Shown one piece after another: positions 19,983-29,093 of a stretch of 64,000 nt of DNA. Every line of letters starts with the position of its first letter. Positions within the stretch are counted from its first letter, which is position 1. The stretch lies in the NCBI GenBank assembly GCA_036679645.1, contig JAZDCY010000063.1, forward strand, positions 34,795-98,794, written 5' to 3'. Origin of the DNA: Gemmatimonadota bacterium (GTDB lineage: Bacteria > Gemmatimonadota > Gemmatimonadetes > Gemmatimonadales > GWC2-71-9). Position numbers and translations under genes: made by a program. The notes beneath the pieces were generated by a model. The model did no database searches and was not told the DNA's origin. It saw only the letters and a list, made by a program, of their open reading frames with translations.

Positions 19983-21696
19983 CTTGTACGCGCTCCTGCA
20001 GGCGGCCGCCGATGGGGCGACGGCCAGTTACCGCGATTTCCCCGTCATCGGGAGCCGCGCCGCCGTGTGGATCGCGGCGCAGGTACACCTCATGTTCGCC
20101 GCCTTTGTCCTGGGCGTGCCGATGTTTGCCGTGATCACCGAACTGATCGGCATCGTGGCCAGGGACAGCAAGTACGACAAGCTGTCAAAGGAATTCACGC
20201 GTCTGCTGGTCTTCGCATACAGCGCCACCGCGTTGTGGGGCGCGGTGTTGGTGTTCTTCCTCACCACCCTGTACCCCAGATTCTGGACGCACATGACGGA
20301 GATCTTCGGCCCGTCCATGTGGGTCTACGTCGGACTGTTTTTCGTCGAGTCGTTCACTCTCTACCTGTACTACTATGGGTGGGATCGCTGGAACGTGGGA
20401 CGCGCCAAGTGGGGACATTGGGGACTCGGCCTGCTACTGAATGTCTGGGGCACGGCCGTCATGATCATCGCAAATGGCTGGCTGACGTATATGATGTCGC
20501 CACCGGAAGGCGCAACGGTCGCCGGGCTTCCAGATGGCGTGTCGACGTGGAACGCAATCGCCAACGCCACGTGGATGCCCATCAACATCCACCGCCTCAT
20601 CGCGAACGCCGTCTTCGGTGGCTCGATCGTCGCGGGGTACGCCGCGTACCGTTTTCTCGCCGCCCGTACCGACGAGGAACGGGCGCACTACGATTGGATG
20701 GGGTACGTCGGCAATTTCATCGCGATCTCGACGTTCATCGTGCTGCCGTTTGCCGGCTACTACCTGGGGCGCGAGATCTACGAGTACAACCAGCAGATGG
20801 GCATCACGATGATGGGCGGCTTCATGAGCTGGTTGTGGATCGTGCAGGCGGTGCTCATCGGCGTGTTGTTCCTTGCGGCAAACTATTACCTGTGGATCGG
20901 CATGGGCCGCATCCCCGGTGCCGAACGATTCATGCCGTACACCAAGTGGATGCTTCTCATCCTCATCATCGGGTGGCTGGTCTGGGCGACCCCTCACACG
21001 ATGATCGCGAGTCGGGCTGAGATGGCGGCGATGGGCGGGTCCCACCACCCATTCCTGGGCATTCTCGGGGTCATGAGTGCAAAGAACACCGCCGTGAACT
21101 TCATGATCCTCACGACTTTCCTCTCGTTTCTACTCTATCGGCGCGCCAACAAGGAACCCACCGTGTCGTGGGCCCAGACCGGGACACTCATCGAGGGTGC
21201 AATGTTCGCTGTCTCTGCCGGGGTCGTCCTCTTCTACGGGATCTACGGGTACTTCGTCGAGGCCATCGTCCGCATCGGGTTCAGCGTCTACCAGGTCGGT
21301 GCGGTGCTGGCGTGCATCATTGGTGTCACGGTGATCGACATCGCGTTGTTGCGCGGCGCGAAGTCGCGCGGCGCCATTCGCTGGGGCCAGATGCCGGAGC
21401 GGTCGCAGTACGCGCTCTTTGTGCTCGCGGTAACCTTCACCTGGCTCATGGGACTCATGGGCTTTGCCCGCAGCGGTATCCGGCAGCACTGGCACGTGTG
21501 GGAGATCGTGCGCGACACCAGCGCGTCCGCCGCGACGCCGGCCCTTGGGTACGCCGCATGGGTCATCAGCGCGTGCGTGCTCATTTTCCTCTCGCTGGTG
21601 GCGTTCATCTTCTGGCTCGGCGGACTCGCCGAACGGGCGGTGGCCAAAGGGACGACGATCCCGGTACCCGTACCGGCAACGGGAAGAGGACACTAG
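19975..21696 (+). CDS. Cytochrome bd-like oxidase subunit I (non-canonical CydA homolog)
   Basis: QVHLMFAAFVLG (His19-equivalent), FFVES..YLYYYGW, ANGWLTYMMSP, NIHRLIAN (His186-equivalent), GFARSGIRQHW (variant of GW...E.GRQPW); many TMs. Confidence 0.82.
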   Translation: MPDLYALLQAAADGATASYRDFPVIGSRAAVWIAAQVHLMFAAFVLGVPMFAVITELIGIVARDSKYDKLSKEFTRLLVFAYSATALWGAVLVFFLTTLYPRFWTHMTEIFGPSMWVYVGLFFVESFTLYLYYYGWDRWNVGRAKWGHWGLGLLLNVWGTAVMIIANGWLTYMMSPPEGATVAGLPDGVSTWNAIANATWMPINIHRLIANAVFGGSIVAGYAAYRFLAARTDEERAHYDWMGYVGNFIAISTFIVLPFAGYYLGREIYEYNQQMGITMMGGFMSWLWIVQAVLIGVLFLAANYYLWIGMGRIPGAERFMPYTKWMLLILIIGWLVWATPHTMIASRAEMAAMGGSHHPFLGILGVMSAKNTAVNFMILTTFLSFLLYRRANKEPTVSWAQTGTLIEGAMFAVSAGVVLFYGIYGYFVEAIVRIGFSVYQVGAVLACIIGVTVIDIALLRGAKSRGAIRWGQMPERSQYALFVLAVTFTWLMGLMGFARSGIRQHWHVWEIVRDTSASAATPALGYAAWVISACVLIFLSLVAFIFWLGGLAERAVAKGTTIPVPVPATGRGH

Positions 21697-22482
21697 ATGC
21701 TCGCGACCAACCTAAAGGTCCTGGCCGTGGCACTCCTGACCATCGGATTCTATGCACTCGTGGCCAATACTATTCCCCAGCTGGAGTCGGAGGTGCCGGA
21801 AAACCTCGCGCTCGGCAGCGATGTCACCGCCGAGCAGCTCGTCGAAGCGGGCGAGCGCGTGTATCAGGGAGCCGGCGGATGTACAGCCTGTCACGGGCTT
21901 GGGACCCGGGCGCCCAACCTCCTCACCGATCACGCCGGTGAAGGCGCGATAGGGTCCCGGTGCGGAAGCAGGGAATCGGACAAGGACTGCAAAGCGTACC
22001 TGTACGAGTCGTTGACGGACCCGGGAGCGTATGTCGTCGACGGATTCGAGAGCATCATGCCCGACATGCGGCGGCAACTCCCGGAGGATCAGATCTGGGC
22101 GACCGTCGCCTTCCTCCAGTCCCAAGGCGGAGAGGTAACCGTCACCGGCGCCGATCTGCCGGCGGACGAGGAGGGAGGACAAGCCGACGCGGCAAGTGCA
22201 CCGCAACGATCGGCAACGACCGACCCGTTGCAGCTCCTGAGCGAAAACGCGTGCCTCGGCTGCCACGCCATCGATGGCGCAGGCCCGCCGATCGGTCCCT
22301 CGTTCGACGCGATCGGCGCCCGCATATCGGCCGATCGTATTCGCCGCGGCATCATCGATCCCGACTCTGAGATCGCCCAGGGCTTTGACGCAATGGCCGG
22401 TGTCATGCCCAAGATATTTGGAGATCAACTCTCCGCGGCGCAGCTCGAGGTACTCGTTGCCTTTCTCGCGGGGAGGCGCTAG
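21697..22482 (+). CDS. Membrane-anchored diheme cytochrome c
   Basis: N-terminal TM, CTACH and CLGCH, distal IMP/VMP Met ligands. Confidence 0.9.
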   Translation: MLATNLKVLAVALLTIGFYALVANTIPQLESEVPENLALGSDVTAEQLVEAGERVYQGAGGCTACHGLGTRAPNLLTDHAGEGAIGSRCGSRESDKDCKAYLYESLTDPGAYVVDGFESIMPDMRRQLPEDQIWATVAFLQSQGGEVTVTGADLPADEEGGQADAASAPQRSATTDPLQLLSENACLGCHAIDGAGPPIGPSFDAIGARISADRIRRGIIDPDSEIAQGFDAMAGVMPKIFGDQLSAAQLEVLVAFLAGRR

Positions 22483-23303
22483 TGGCACCACGTAGATCGT
22501 ACTTGCGGCACCCCTTCTGGCAAGCGGTTGTCCTGCTCGTGGCAGCCTACCTGTTGTTCAAGTGGGGTATCGCGATCATTCCCCCCCTCTTTGGGATGGC
22601 CAGTGCACCGGTCCCAACGAGCGTCGTGCTTCAGTACATGCTGACCGCCATGGTTGGCATCCTGATCTACGTGAGTGATAACGAGGACCGTTGGCGCCAG
22701 TTCAAGGAACCGCTCAACGCCGTCCTCGTAGATGGAGATAAGCGCTGGATGCGCGGGGCGTTGATGGTGTTCGTGCCGGTTTTGGTCGGCTTCGTCACCT
22801 ATGAACAGGTCCGGCCCAAGGTGTCCGCCCCAATTCAGTTCCGTGCGATCCACCCAGCACCTCCCGGACAAATCACGTTCCGCGGGCGCACCATTCAGCT
22901 CACGGGACTCGAGAATCCTCTGCGCAGCCAGGGATCGCGCGAGGATCACTACGAAACGGGTCGCCGCGTTTACTATCAGAATTGCCTCCCATGTCACGGC
23001 GACCAGTTGGACGGCGAGGGGCGCTTTGCACACGGGTTCAGTCCCACGCCGCTTCCGTTCGACGACGCCGGAACGATCGCCCAACTCACCGAGAGTTTCG
23101 TCTTCTGGCGCATTGCCAAGGGAGGACCCGGACTCCCCAACGAGGGAACACCGTGGAATTCGGCGATGCCCGTGTGGGAAGATTTTCTCACTGAAGATGA
23201 GATCTGGTCGGTGATCATCTTCCTGTACGAGCAGAGCGGCTGGGAGCCCCGGCGGTGGGAGGTCGAGGAGGAAGGGGAAGCGGAAGGGGACAGTGATGAA
23301 TAG
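22482..23303 (+). CDS. Membrane protein with C-terminal monoheme cytochrome c
   Basis: About 3 N-terminal TMs, CLPCHG, SAMPVW. Confidence 0.88.
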   Translation: MAPRRSYLRHPFWQAVVLLVAAYLLFKWGIAIIPPLFGMASAPVPTSVVLQYMLTAMVGILIYVSDNEDRWRQFKEPLNAVLVDGDKRWMRGALMVFVPVLVGFVTYEQVRPKVSAPIQFRAIHPAPPGQITFRGRTIQLTGLENPLRSQGSREDHYETGRRVYYQNCLPCHGDQLDGEGRFAHGFSPTPLPFDDAGTIAQLTESFVFWRIAKGGPGLPNEGTPWNSAMPVWEDFLTEDEIWSVIIFLYEQSGWEPRRWEVEEEGEAEGDSDE

Positions 23304-24894
23304 GGCCGGAAGGCGGAACGGCGGAATGGCGGGAGGAAACGGCGTCGGCCGGGCAGTGACGATACTCGCGCTGGCTTTCGTACTACTTCCCGCCTTCCCG
23401 CCTTCCCGCCTCTCCGCCCAGGATCTCGAACGTGGTAGGGAGCTCTACGACCGTTGGTGTCTTGCCTGCCACGGCGAAACCGGGACAGGGGACGGCGAGG
23501 CGGCGGCGTACATGCTGCCGCGTCCGCGCGATTTCACCGGGGCCCTCTATCAGATCCGCACGACGGCGAGCGGCGAACTCCCGACGGACGACGACTTGCG
23601 GCGCGTCATGGAGCTGGGCATCCCCGGGACCGCAATGCCCGGTTGGACGGACCGCTTGAGTTCCGGCGAGCGAGACGATGTAATCGGGTACATCAAGTCG
23701 CTGTCGCGTTTTTTCGACGGCACTGAGCCAGAACCGTACGATTTCGGCGGTGCGCCCGGTGTGTCGGACGAGGGGATTGCCGAAGGTGCCCGCATCTATC
23801 GGGAACTGGAATGCTTCAAGTGTCACGGCGATGCCGGCCGCGGAGACGGACCTTCGGCGCCGACCATGACCGACGACTGGGACCATCCAATCCGTCCCGC
23901 GGATCTCACCCGGCCCTGGGCGTTCAACGGCGGCAGCGAGGTCGGCGACATCTACCGACGACTGCGCACGGGGTTGGACGGAACCCCCATGCCCTCGTTC
24001 ACCGACGTGATCGACGCCGAGATCATCACCGAAGAGCAGCTCTGGCGCGTTGCGCAGTGGGTCCGCAGTCTCGCGCCGGGTGACCCCACGGTGCGCGAGG
24101 TCATCCGTGCGGCGCGCACGGAGACAGCCCTTCCCAGCGGCCCGACCGACACCGCGTGGTCCGGCGTGAAGCCCTTTTACATCCCGCTGGTTGGGCAGAT
24201 CATCATGAAGCCCCGGCGGTTCACGCCGACCGTCGACGGTGTTTGGGTGCGCGCCCTGCACGACGGAGAACGCCTGGCGATCCATCTTGCGTGGAGCGAT
24301 CCGTCTGCCAGCCCGGACGACGATTGGCAGGACTGGCTCGAGCTGATTGCGCAGACGGTAACGGATGTCGATGGTGCACTCGACACCGTCCAGGGTCCCG
24401 ACCGGATTGCCGTCCAGTTTCCTGCGCGGCGCGTCGAGGGCCTGCAGCGACCGTACTTTCTGGGCGGGGACCGGCGGCGGCCGGTATATTCCTGGCATTG
24501 GCAGAGCACTCCCGATCAATTGCTGGTGGGCAGGGCGACCGGCCTCGATGCGTTTGCGGCGGGCGCTGCCACCGACGTGACGCACGCAGCAGCGTTTACC
24601 GACGGGCAGTGGCAAATACAGCTCACGCGCGCGCGCGTGCCGAGCGATTCGACCGCACCCACGTTCGCCGAGGGGGAAGCGATACCGATCGCGTTCCAGG
24701 CGGCCGACGGCAGTTCGGGCGAGGATGCGGTCAGTGGATCGGTGAGCGCGTGGTATGCTATTTACCTTGATGTTCCAACACCACCAAGCGTTTTTGTTGC
24801 GCCGGTGGTTGCTGCACTCCTTACGGCAGGACTCGGCGTGCTCGTGGTGACGCGGGCGCAGCGACGCGAACGTGGAGACTCAACGGAGGCATGA
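23296..24894 (+). CDS. Diheme cytochrome c fused to an EbdC/DMSO-reductase gamma-like (EB_dh) domain, C-terminal TM
   Basis: CLACH, PRPRDFT, TAMPGW, CFKCH, TPMPSF; VRALHDGERLAIHLAWSD, DRIAVQFP, GQWQIQLTR, PIAFQAADG. Confidence 0.85.
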   Translation: MNRAGRRNGGMAGGNGVGRAVTILALAFVLLPAFPPSRLSAQDLERGRELYDRWCLACHGETGTGDGEAAAYMLPRPRDFTGALYQIRTTASGELPTDDDLRRVMELGIPGTAMPGWTDRLSSGERDDVIGYIKSLSRFFDGTEPEPYDFGGAPGVSDEGIAEGARIYRELECFKCHGDAGRGDGPSAPTMTDDWDHPIRPADLTRPWAFNGGSEVGDIYRRLRTGLDGTPMPSFTDVIDAEIITEEQLWRVAQWVRSLAPGDPTVREVIRAARTETALPSGPTDTAWSGVKPFYIPLVGQIIMKPRRFTPTVDGVWVRALHDGERLAIHLAWSDPSASPDDDWQDWLELIAQTVTDVDGALDTVQGPDRIAVQFPARRVEGLQRPYFLGGDRRRPVYSWHWQSTPDQLLVGRATGLDAFAAGAATDVTHAAAFTDGQWQIQLTRARVPSDSTAPTFAEGEAIPIAFQAADGSSGEDAVSGSVSAWYAIYLDVPTPPSVFVAPVVAALLTAGLGVLVVTRAQRRERGDSTEA

Positions 24895-25640
24895 TGCGAC
24901 ATCTTGTGGCTTGTTCGATAATTGGTGTACTGGCGTGCGGCGGTGGCGAGGGCGGATCTGACGGCGGCGACGACGCGGCAACGGTGGCCCCGTTGGGAAC
25001 CGCGTCCATCAACGGCGTGGTGACTTTCGACGGTACGCCTCCGGCCAATCCGACCATCGACATGGCCGATGAGCCGGAGTGCGTCGCCAAGTACACCGAC
25101 GACGCGCGGGATCCGATAGTGTCGGTTACCGACGGAATGCTCGCCAACGTGTTTGTGCGGGTTACCGGGGGCCTGCCCGCCGGGCCGTACCCCATGCCCG
25201 CAAGCCCGGCGGTCATCGATCAAGATGGGTGTCTGTACCACCCCCGTGTCTTGGGTGTCATGGTTGGACAGGACCTCGATATCCGCAACAGTGACCCGCT
25301 GCAGCACAACATCAAGGCCGTGCCCACGGAACAGCGCGGCTTCAACATCAGCCAGCCACGAGCTGGAATGACCACGACCCGTTCGTTCAACACGCCGGAA
25401 GTGATGGTCCCGTTGGAGTGCAGCGTGCACGGGTGGATGAATGCGTACCTGGGCGTCGTTGACCATCCCTATTTCGCCACATCGGGCGCCGATGGCACTT
25501 TCTCGATTCCCGGTCTCCCCGCCGGTAGCTATACGCTCGAGGCCTGGCACGAGACGCTGGGGACCCGGACGCTCGAGGTCGAGGTCGACGATGGTGGCAG
25601 CGTAACCGTAACCCTCGTCTTCGGCTCCTCCACGAGCTGA
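24891..25640 (+). CDS. Lipoprotein with cupredoxin-like type-1 copper motif and carboxypeptidase-regulatory-like domain
   Basis: Lipobox VLAC; DQDGCLYHPRV, HNI...CSVHGWM; DGTFSIPGLPAGSYTLEAWHE. Confidence 0.78.
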   Translation: MMRHLVACSIIGVLACGGGEGGSDGGDDAATVAPLGTASINGVVTFDGTPPANPTIDMADEPECVAKYTDDARDPIVSVTDGMLANVFVRVTGGLPAGPYPMPASPAVIDQDGCLYHPRVLGVMVGQDLDIRNSDPLQHNIKAVPTEQRGFNISQPRAGMTTTRSFNTPEVMVPLECSVHGWMNAYLGVVDHPYFATSGADGTFSIPGLPAGSYTLEAWHETLGTRTLEVEVDDGGSVTVTLVFGSSTS

Positions 25641-25652
25641 GGAGTACACTCC

Positions 25653-26339
25653 ATGGGTTCCTTCCTGGACTGGTTCCTTCCGCCGGGCGCCTCGACGTTC
25701 GCCGCGGACATCGACCGCATCTACTATGCGGTGCTCATCATCACCGGCATCGCGTTCGTGATCGTCGAAGCCGGCCTCGTCTGGTTCGCGATCAAGTACC
25801 GGGCGCGTCCGGGCCGAAAGGCCACGTACACGCACGGGAGTATGCGCGCGGAGATGATCTGGACGGCAATACCTGCCGTCTCGGTGGTCGCCCTTGGCAT
25901 TTGGAGCGGCACCGTGTGGAACAACATCAAGGCGCGCGACAGCATTCCAGAGGGCGCCTTGGAATACGCCGTGATGGTGAGCCAGTTCGAGTGGATGTTC
26001 ACGTACGCCGGACGGGACGGTGAGATCGGCACGGCGGATGACTTCACGTTACGAAATCAGCTACACGTTCCGGTTGGGCGTGCAGTAGTGCTCCGGCTGC
26101 AATCCGAGGACGTCATCCATTCCCTGTTCATCCCCGCGTTCCGCGTCAAGCAGGACATCGTACCGGGAATGCATATGGCCGTCTGGTTCGAGGCGACGCA
26201 AACAGGAAGATTCGAAATCGCATGCGCCGAGTTGTGCGGGAACGGTCACACGACGATGGGTGCGATGACGACCGTGCATTCTACCGCGGAATTCGACGAG
26301 TGGGTCGCGAGCCGCCCTGCAACTACCGCGCTGAGATAG
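25653..26339 (+). CDS. coxB: Cytochrome c oxidase subunit II (CuA)
   Basis: Two TMs, QFEWMF, DVIHS, CAELCGNGHTTM. Confidence 0.95.
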   Translation: MGSFLDWFLPPGASTFAADIDRIYYAVLIITGIAFVIVEAGLVWFAIKYRARPGRKATYTHGSMRAEMIWTAIPAVSVVALGIWSGTVWNNIKARDSIPEGALEYAVMVSQFEWMFTYAGRDGEIGTADDFTLRNQLHVPVGRAVVLRLQSEDVIHSLFIPAFRVKQDIVPGMHMAVWFEATQTGRFEIACAELCGNGHTTMGAMTTVHSTAEFDEWVASRPATTALR

Positions 26340-26348
26340 AGGAAACGA

Positions 26349-28112
26349 ATGGCGACGACGGCACTACCTCAGGAGGCGGCGCACGCGGAAGCGCACGAAC
26401 TTCCGTTCATCCGCAAATACATCTTCTCGACCGACCACAAGATCATAGGCATCCAGTTCCTGCTGATGAGCCTGGCGTTCCTGGGCATAGGCGGCTTCGC
26501 GGCAATGCTGATACGGTGGCAGCTCGGATTCCCCGACGTGGCCATCCCCGGCGCGACAATTCTCCCAGAGACCATGGCGCCGGGTGGGTATCTGCTGCCC
26601 GAGTTCTACAACTCCCTGGTCACGATGCACGGCACGTTGATGGTCTTTTTTGCCGTGATGCCTTTGCTCGTGGGCGTATTCGGGAACTTTTTGATCCCGT
26701 TGAAGATCGGTGCGCCCGACATGGCGTTTCCGCGACTCAACATGTGGTCGTTCTGGATCGCCGTTCCCGCTGGGGTCCTCATGCTGTCGGGATTCTTCGT
26801 TGAGGGCGGGGCAGCGGGCGCAGGATGGACCTCGTACGCTCCGCTGTCGGCGAATAGCGAGTACTCGGGGGTGTTTCTGGGCCAACAGTTGTGGTTGTTG
26901 AGTCTGGCCGTGCTGGGGCTCTCGTCGATCCTGGGTGCTACAAACTACATCACGACCGTCGTGAACCTGCGGGCACCCGGCATGACCTGGTTCCGGCTGC
27001 CGCTTTCCATCTGGGCGCTGTTCATCACTGCGATTCTCGTGCTCCTCGCAATCCCGATTCTTTCCGGGGCTGCGATCATGCTGTTCTTCGATCAGACGAT
27101 CGGCACGCACTTCTTCGACGCAACCGGGGGAGGCCAGCCCCTCCTGTGGCAGCACCTGTTCTGGTACTTCGGCCACCCGGAGGTGTACATCCTCATCCTG
27201 CCGGGAATGGGTATGGTCTCTGACATCATCGCCAACGGGTCGCGCAAGCCGGTGTTTGGCTACCATTCGATGGTGTATGCGCTCATCGCAATCGCGTTCC
27301 TGGGCTGGATCGTCTGGGGTCACCACATGTTCCAGAGCGGCATGAACCCGACGCTCGGCATGGGCTTCATGATCTCCACGATGCTGATCGCAGTCCCGTC
27401 CGCCATCAAGACATTCAATTGGATGGGGACGATGTGGCGCGGCAGCATACGGTTCCACGTCCCCATGCTCCATGCAATCACGTTCGTCGCGATGTTCGTG
27501 ATTGGCGGGCTCTCCGGCATCTTCATGGCGTCAGCGCCCGTGGACATCTTCATCCACGACACGTACTTCATCGTCGCGCATCTCCACTACGTGCTGTTTG
27601 GCGGGTCGCTGTTTGCGATCTTCGCGGCGGTGACCTACTGGTATCCCAAGATGTTCGGCCGGATGATGGATCCGTTCTGGGGCAAGGTACACTGGGCAAT
27701 CACGGCCGTCGCCTTCAACGTGACGTTCTTCCCAATGCACGTGCTTGGCGCCCAGGGCCACATGCGCCGAATCTACGACCCCAACCAGTACGAGTTCCTG
27801 CAGCCGCTGCAGGGCACCAACACGCTCATCACGATCGGCGCTCTGGTGTTGTTCGGCGCGCAGTTCATTTTCATGGGCAACTTCGTCATCAGCTGGTTCA
27901 AGGGGAGGAAAGCACCCGACAACCCATGGGACGACAACGGCGTCGAGTGGACGGTCCATTCACCGCCGCCACACCTGAACTTCGCGGAAACGCCGGTGAT
28001 CTATCGGGCGGCCTACGAATACAGCTCACCCCTCGTCGAGGAGGACTACTTGCCGCAGACGCGTAACCTTGGCAGCGATTCCGGACCGGCCGCCAAGCCG
28101 GCCGCAGGCTGA
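26349..28112 (+). CDS. coxA: Cytochrome c oxidase subunit I, A1 type
   Basis: TMHG, GAPDMAFPRLN, WYFGHPEVYIL, WGHHMF, PSAIK, AHLHY, MRR. Confidence 0.97.
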   Translation: MATTALPQEAAHAEAHELPFIRKYIFSTDHKIIGIQFLLMSLAFLGIGGFAAMLIRWQLGFPDVAIPGATILPETMAPGGYLLPEFYNSLVTMHGTLMVFFAVMPLLVGVFGNFLIPLKIGAPDMAFPRLNMWSFWIAVPAGVLMLSGFFVEGGAAGAGWTSYAPLSANSEYSGVFLGQQLWLLSLAVLGLSSILGATNYITTVVNLRAPGMTWFRLPLSIWALFITAILVLLAIPILSGAAIMLFFDQTIGTHFFDATGGGQPLLWQHLFWYFGHPEVYILILPGMGMVSDIIANGSRKPVFGYHSMVYALIAIAFLGWIVWGHHMFQSGMNPTLGMGFMISTMLIAVPSAIKTFNWMGTMWRGSIRFHVPMLHAITFVAMFVIGGLSGIFMASAPVDIFIHDTYFIVAHLHYVLFGGSLFAIFAAVTYWYPKMFGRMMDPFWGKVHWAITAVAFNVTFFPMHVLGAQGHMRRIYDPNQYEFLQPLQGTNTLITIGALVLFGAQFIFMGNFVISWFKGRKAPDNPWDDNGVEWTVHSPPPHLNFAETPVIYRAAYEYSSPLVEEDYLPQTRNLGSDSGPAAKPAAG

Positions 28113-28123
28113 GGGGGAGAGAC

Positions 28124-28801
28124 ATGGCGCACCCCGCTGTGATGCAGACGCCCGCCAATCGCGAACTCGGCTCCGGCGTCTACAACGAGAAACTCGGGAT
28201 CTGGGTGTTCCTCGGGTCCGAGGTCATGTTCTTCACGGCCCTGATCGGCTCATACATCATCCTGCGGTTTAGCAACCCCGGCGCTTTCGCGGCACCCAAC
28301 ACGGTGCTGAACATTCCCGTCACTGCGACCAACACGTTTCTGCTCATCTGCAGCAGCGTCACGATGGTCAAGGCGTTCGCGGCCGCTCACGATAACGACA
28401 TGGCGAAGATGAAGTGGTATCTGCTCGCCACGACTCTCATCGGGGCCTCGTTCGTCGGCGTCCAGATCTACGAGTACACGCACCTGATCCACTCGGGATT
28501 CCTGCCGAGTGGTCTGCGCGAGGGGAGTCACTTTGCCGAGCTGGCGACGGCGGGTGAGCTTGGACTCGGAACGCCAGATGCGGGAGTTGCCGGCATCTAC
28601 GGATCGACGTTCTACACGATGACCGGCTTCCACGGTTTCCACGTCACCGTCGGCGTGATCTGCCTGACGTATGTGACCACAAAGGCCTTTCGCGGCAAGT
28701 ACGCGCAGACCGACCACCGTGGCATTGAGGTCATCGGGCTGTACTGGCATTTCGTCGATCTCGTGTGGATTATTCTATTCACGATCGTCTACCTGATCTG
28801 A
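28124..28801 (+). CDS. coxC: Cytochrome c oxidase subunit III
   Basis: WVFLGSEVMFF, NTFLLICSS, TGFHGFHV, LYWHFVDLVW. Confidence 0.95.
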   Translation: MAHPAVMQTPANRELGSGVYNEKLGIWVFLGSEVMFFTALIGSYIILRFSNPGAFAAPNTVLNIPVTATNTFLLICSSVTMVKAFAAAHDNDMAKMKWYLLATTLIGASFVGVQIYEYTHLIHSGFLPSGLREGSHFAELATAGELGLGTPDAGVAGIYGSTFYTMTGFHGFHVTVGVICLTYVTTKAFRGKYAQTDHRGIEVIGLYWHFVDLVWIILFTIVYLI

Positions 28802-28814
28802 GGCTCGGGACGCG

Positions 28815-29093
28815 ATGAGCGAAACCGCCAAATTCAAACACCCGAATTACTGGGCCGTCTGGGGCCTGTTGTTCGCCCTGACGGTGGTGGAGGTCGGGGT
28901 GACATTCCTCCCGTGGGCCAAGGAGCTACTGATCATCCTCCTGCTTGGGATGGCCATCTGGAAGGCCGTGCTCGTGGCGCTGTACTTCATGCACCTGCGG
29001 TTCGAGAAGATGCGGCTGCGCATCTTCGTCCTCGCCCCGCTCCCGCTCACGGTGATCATCGTGGTGGCGGTGCTCACGGAGTTCGTGTGGTAG
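28815..29093 (+). CDS. Cytochrome c oxidase subunit IV family protein
   Basis: LTVVEV, KAVLVALYFMHLRFE. Confidence 0.9.
   Translation: MSETAKFKHPNYWAVWGLLFALTVVEVGVTFLPWAKELLIILLLGMAIWKAVLVALYFMHLRFEKMRLRIFVLAPLPLTVIIVVAVLTEFVW

Noticed and set aside
23296..24894. Nitrite oxidoreductase or ethylbenzene dehydrogenase operon
   Set aside because: No molybdopterin alpha subunit or Fe-S beta subunit in the window
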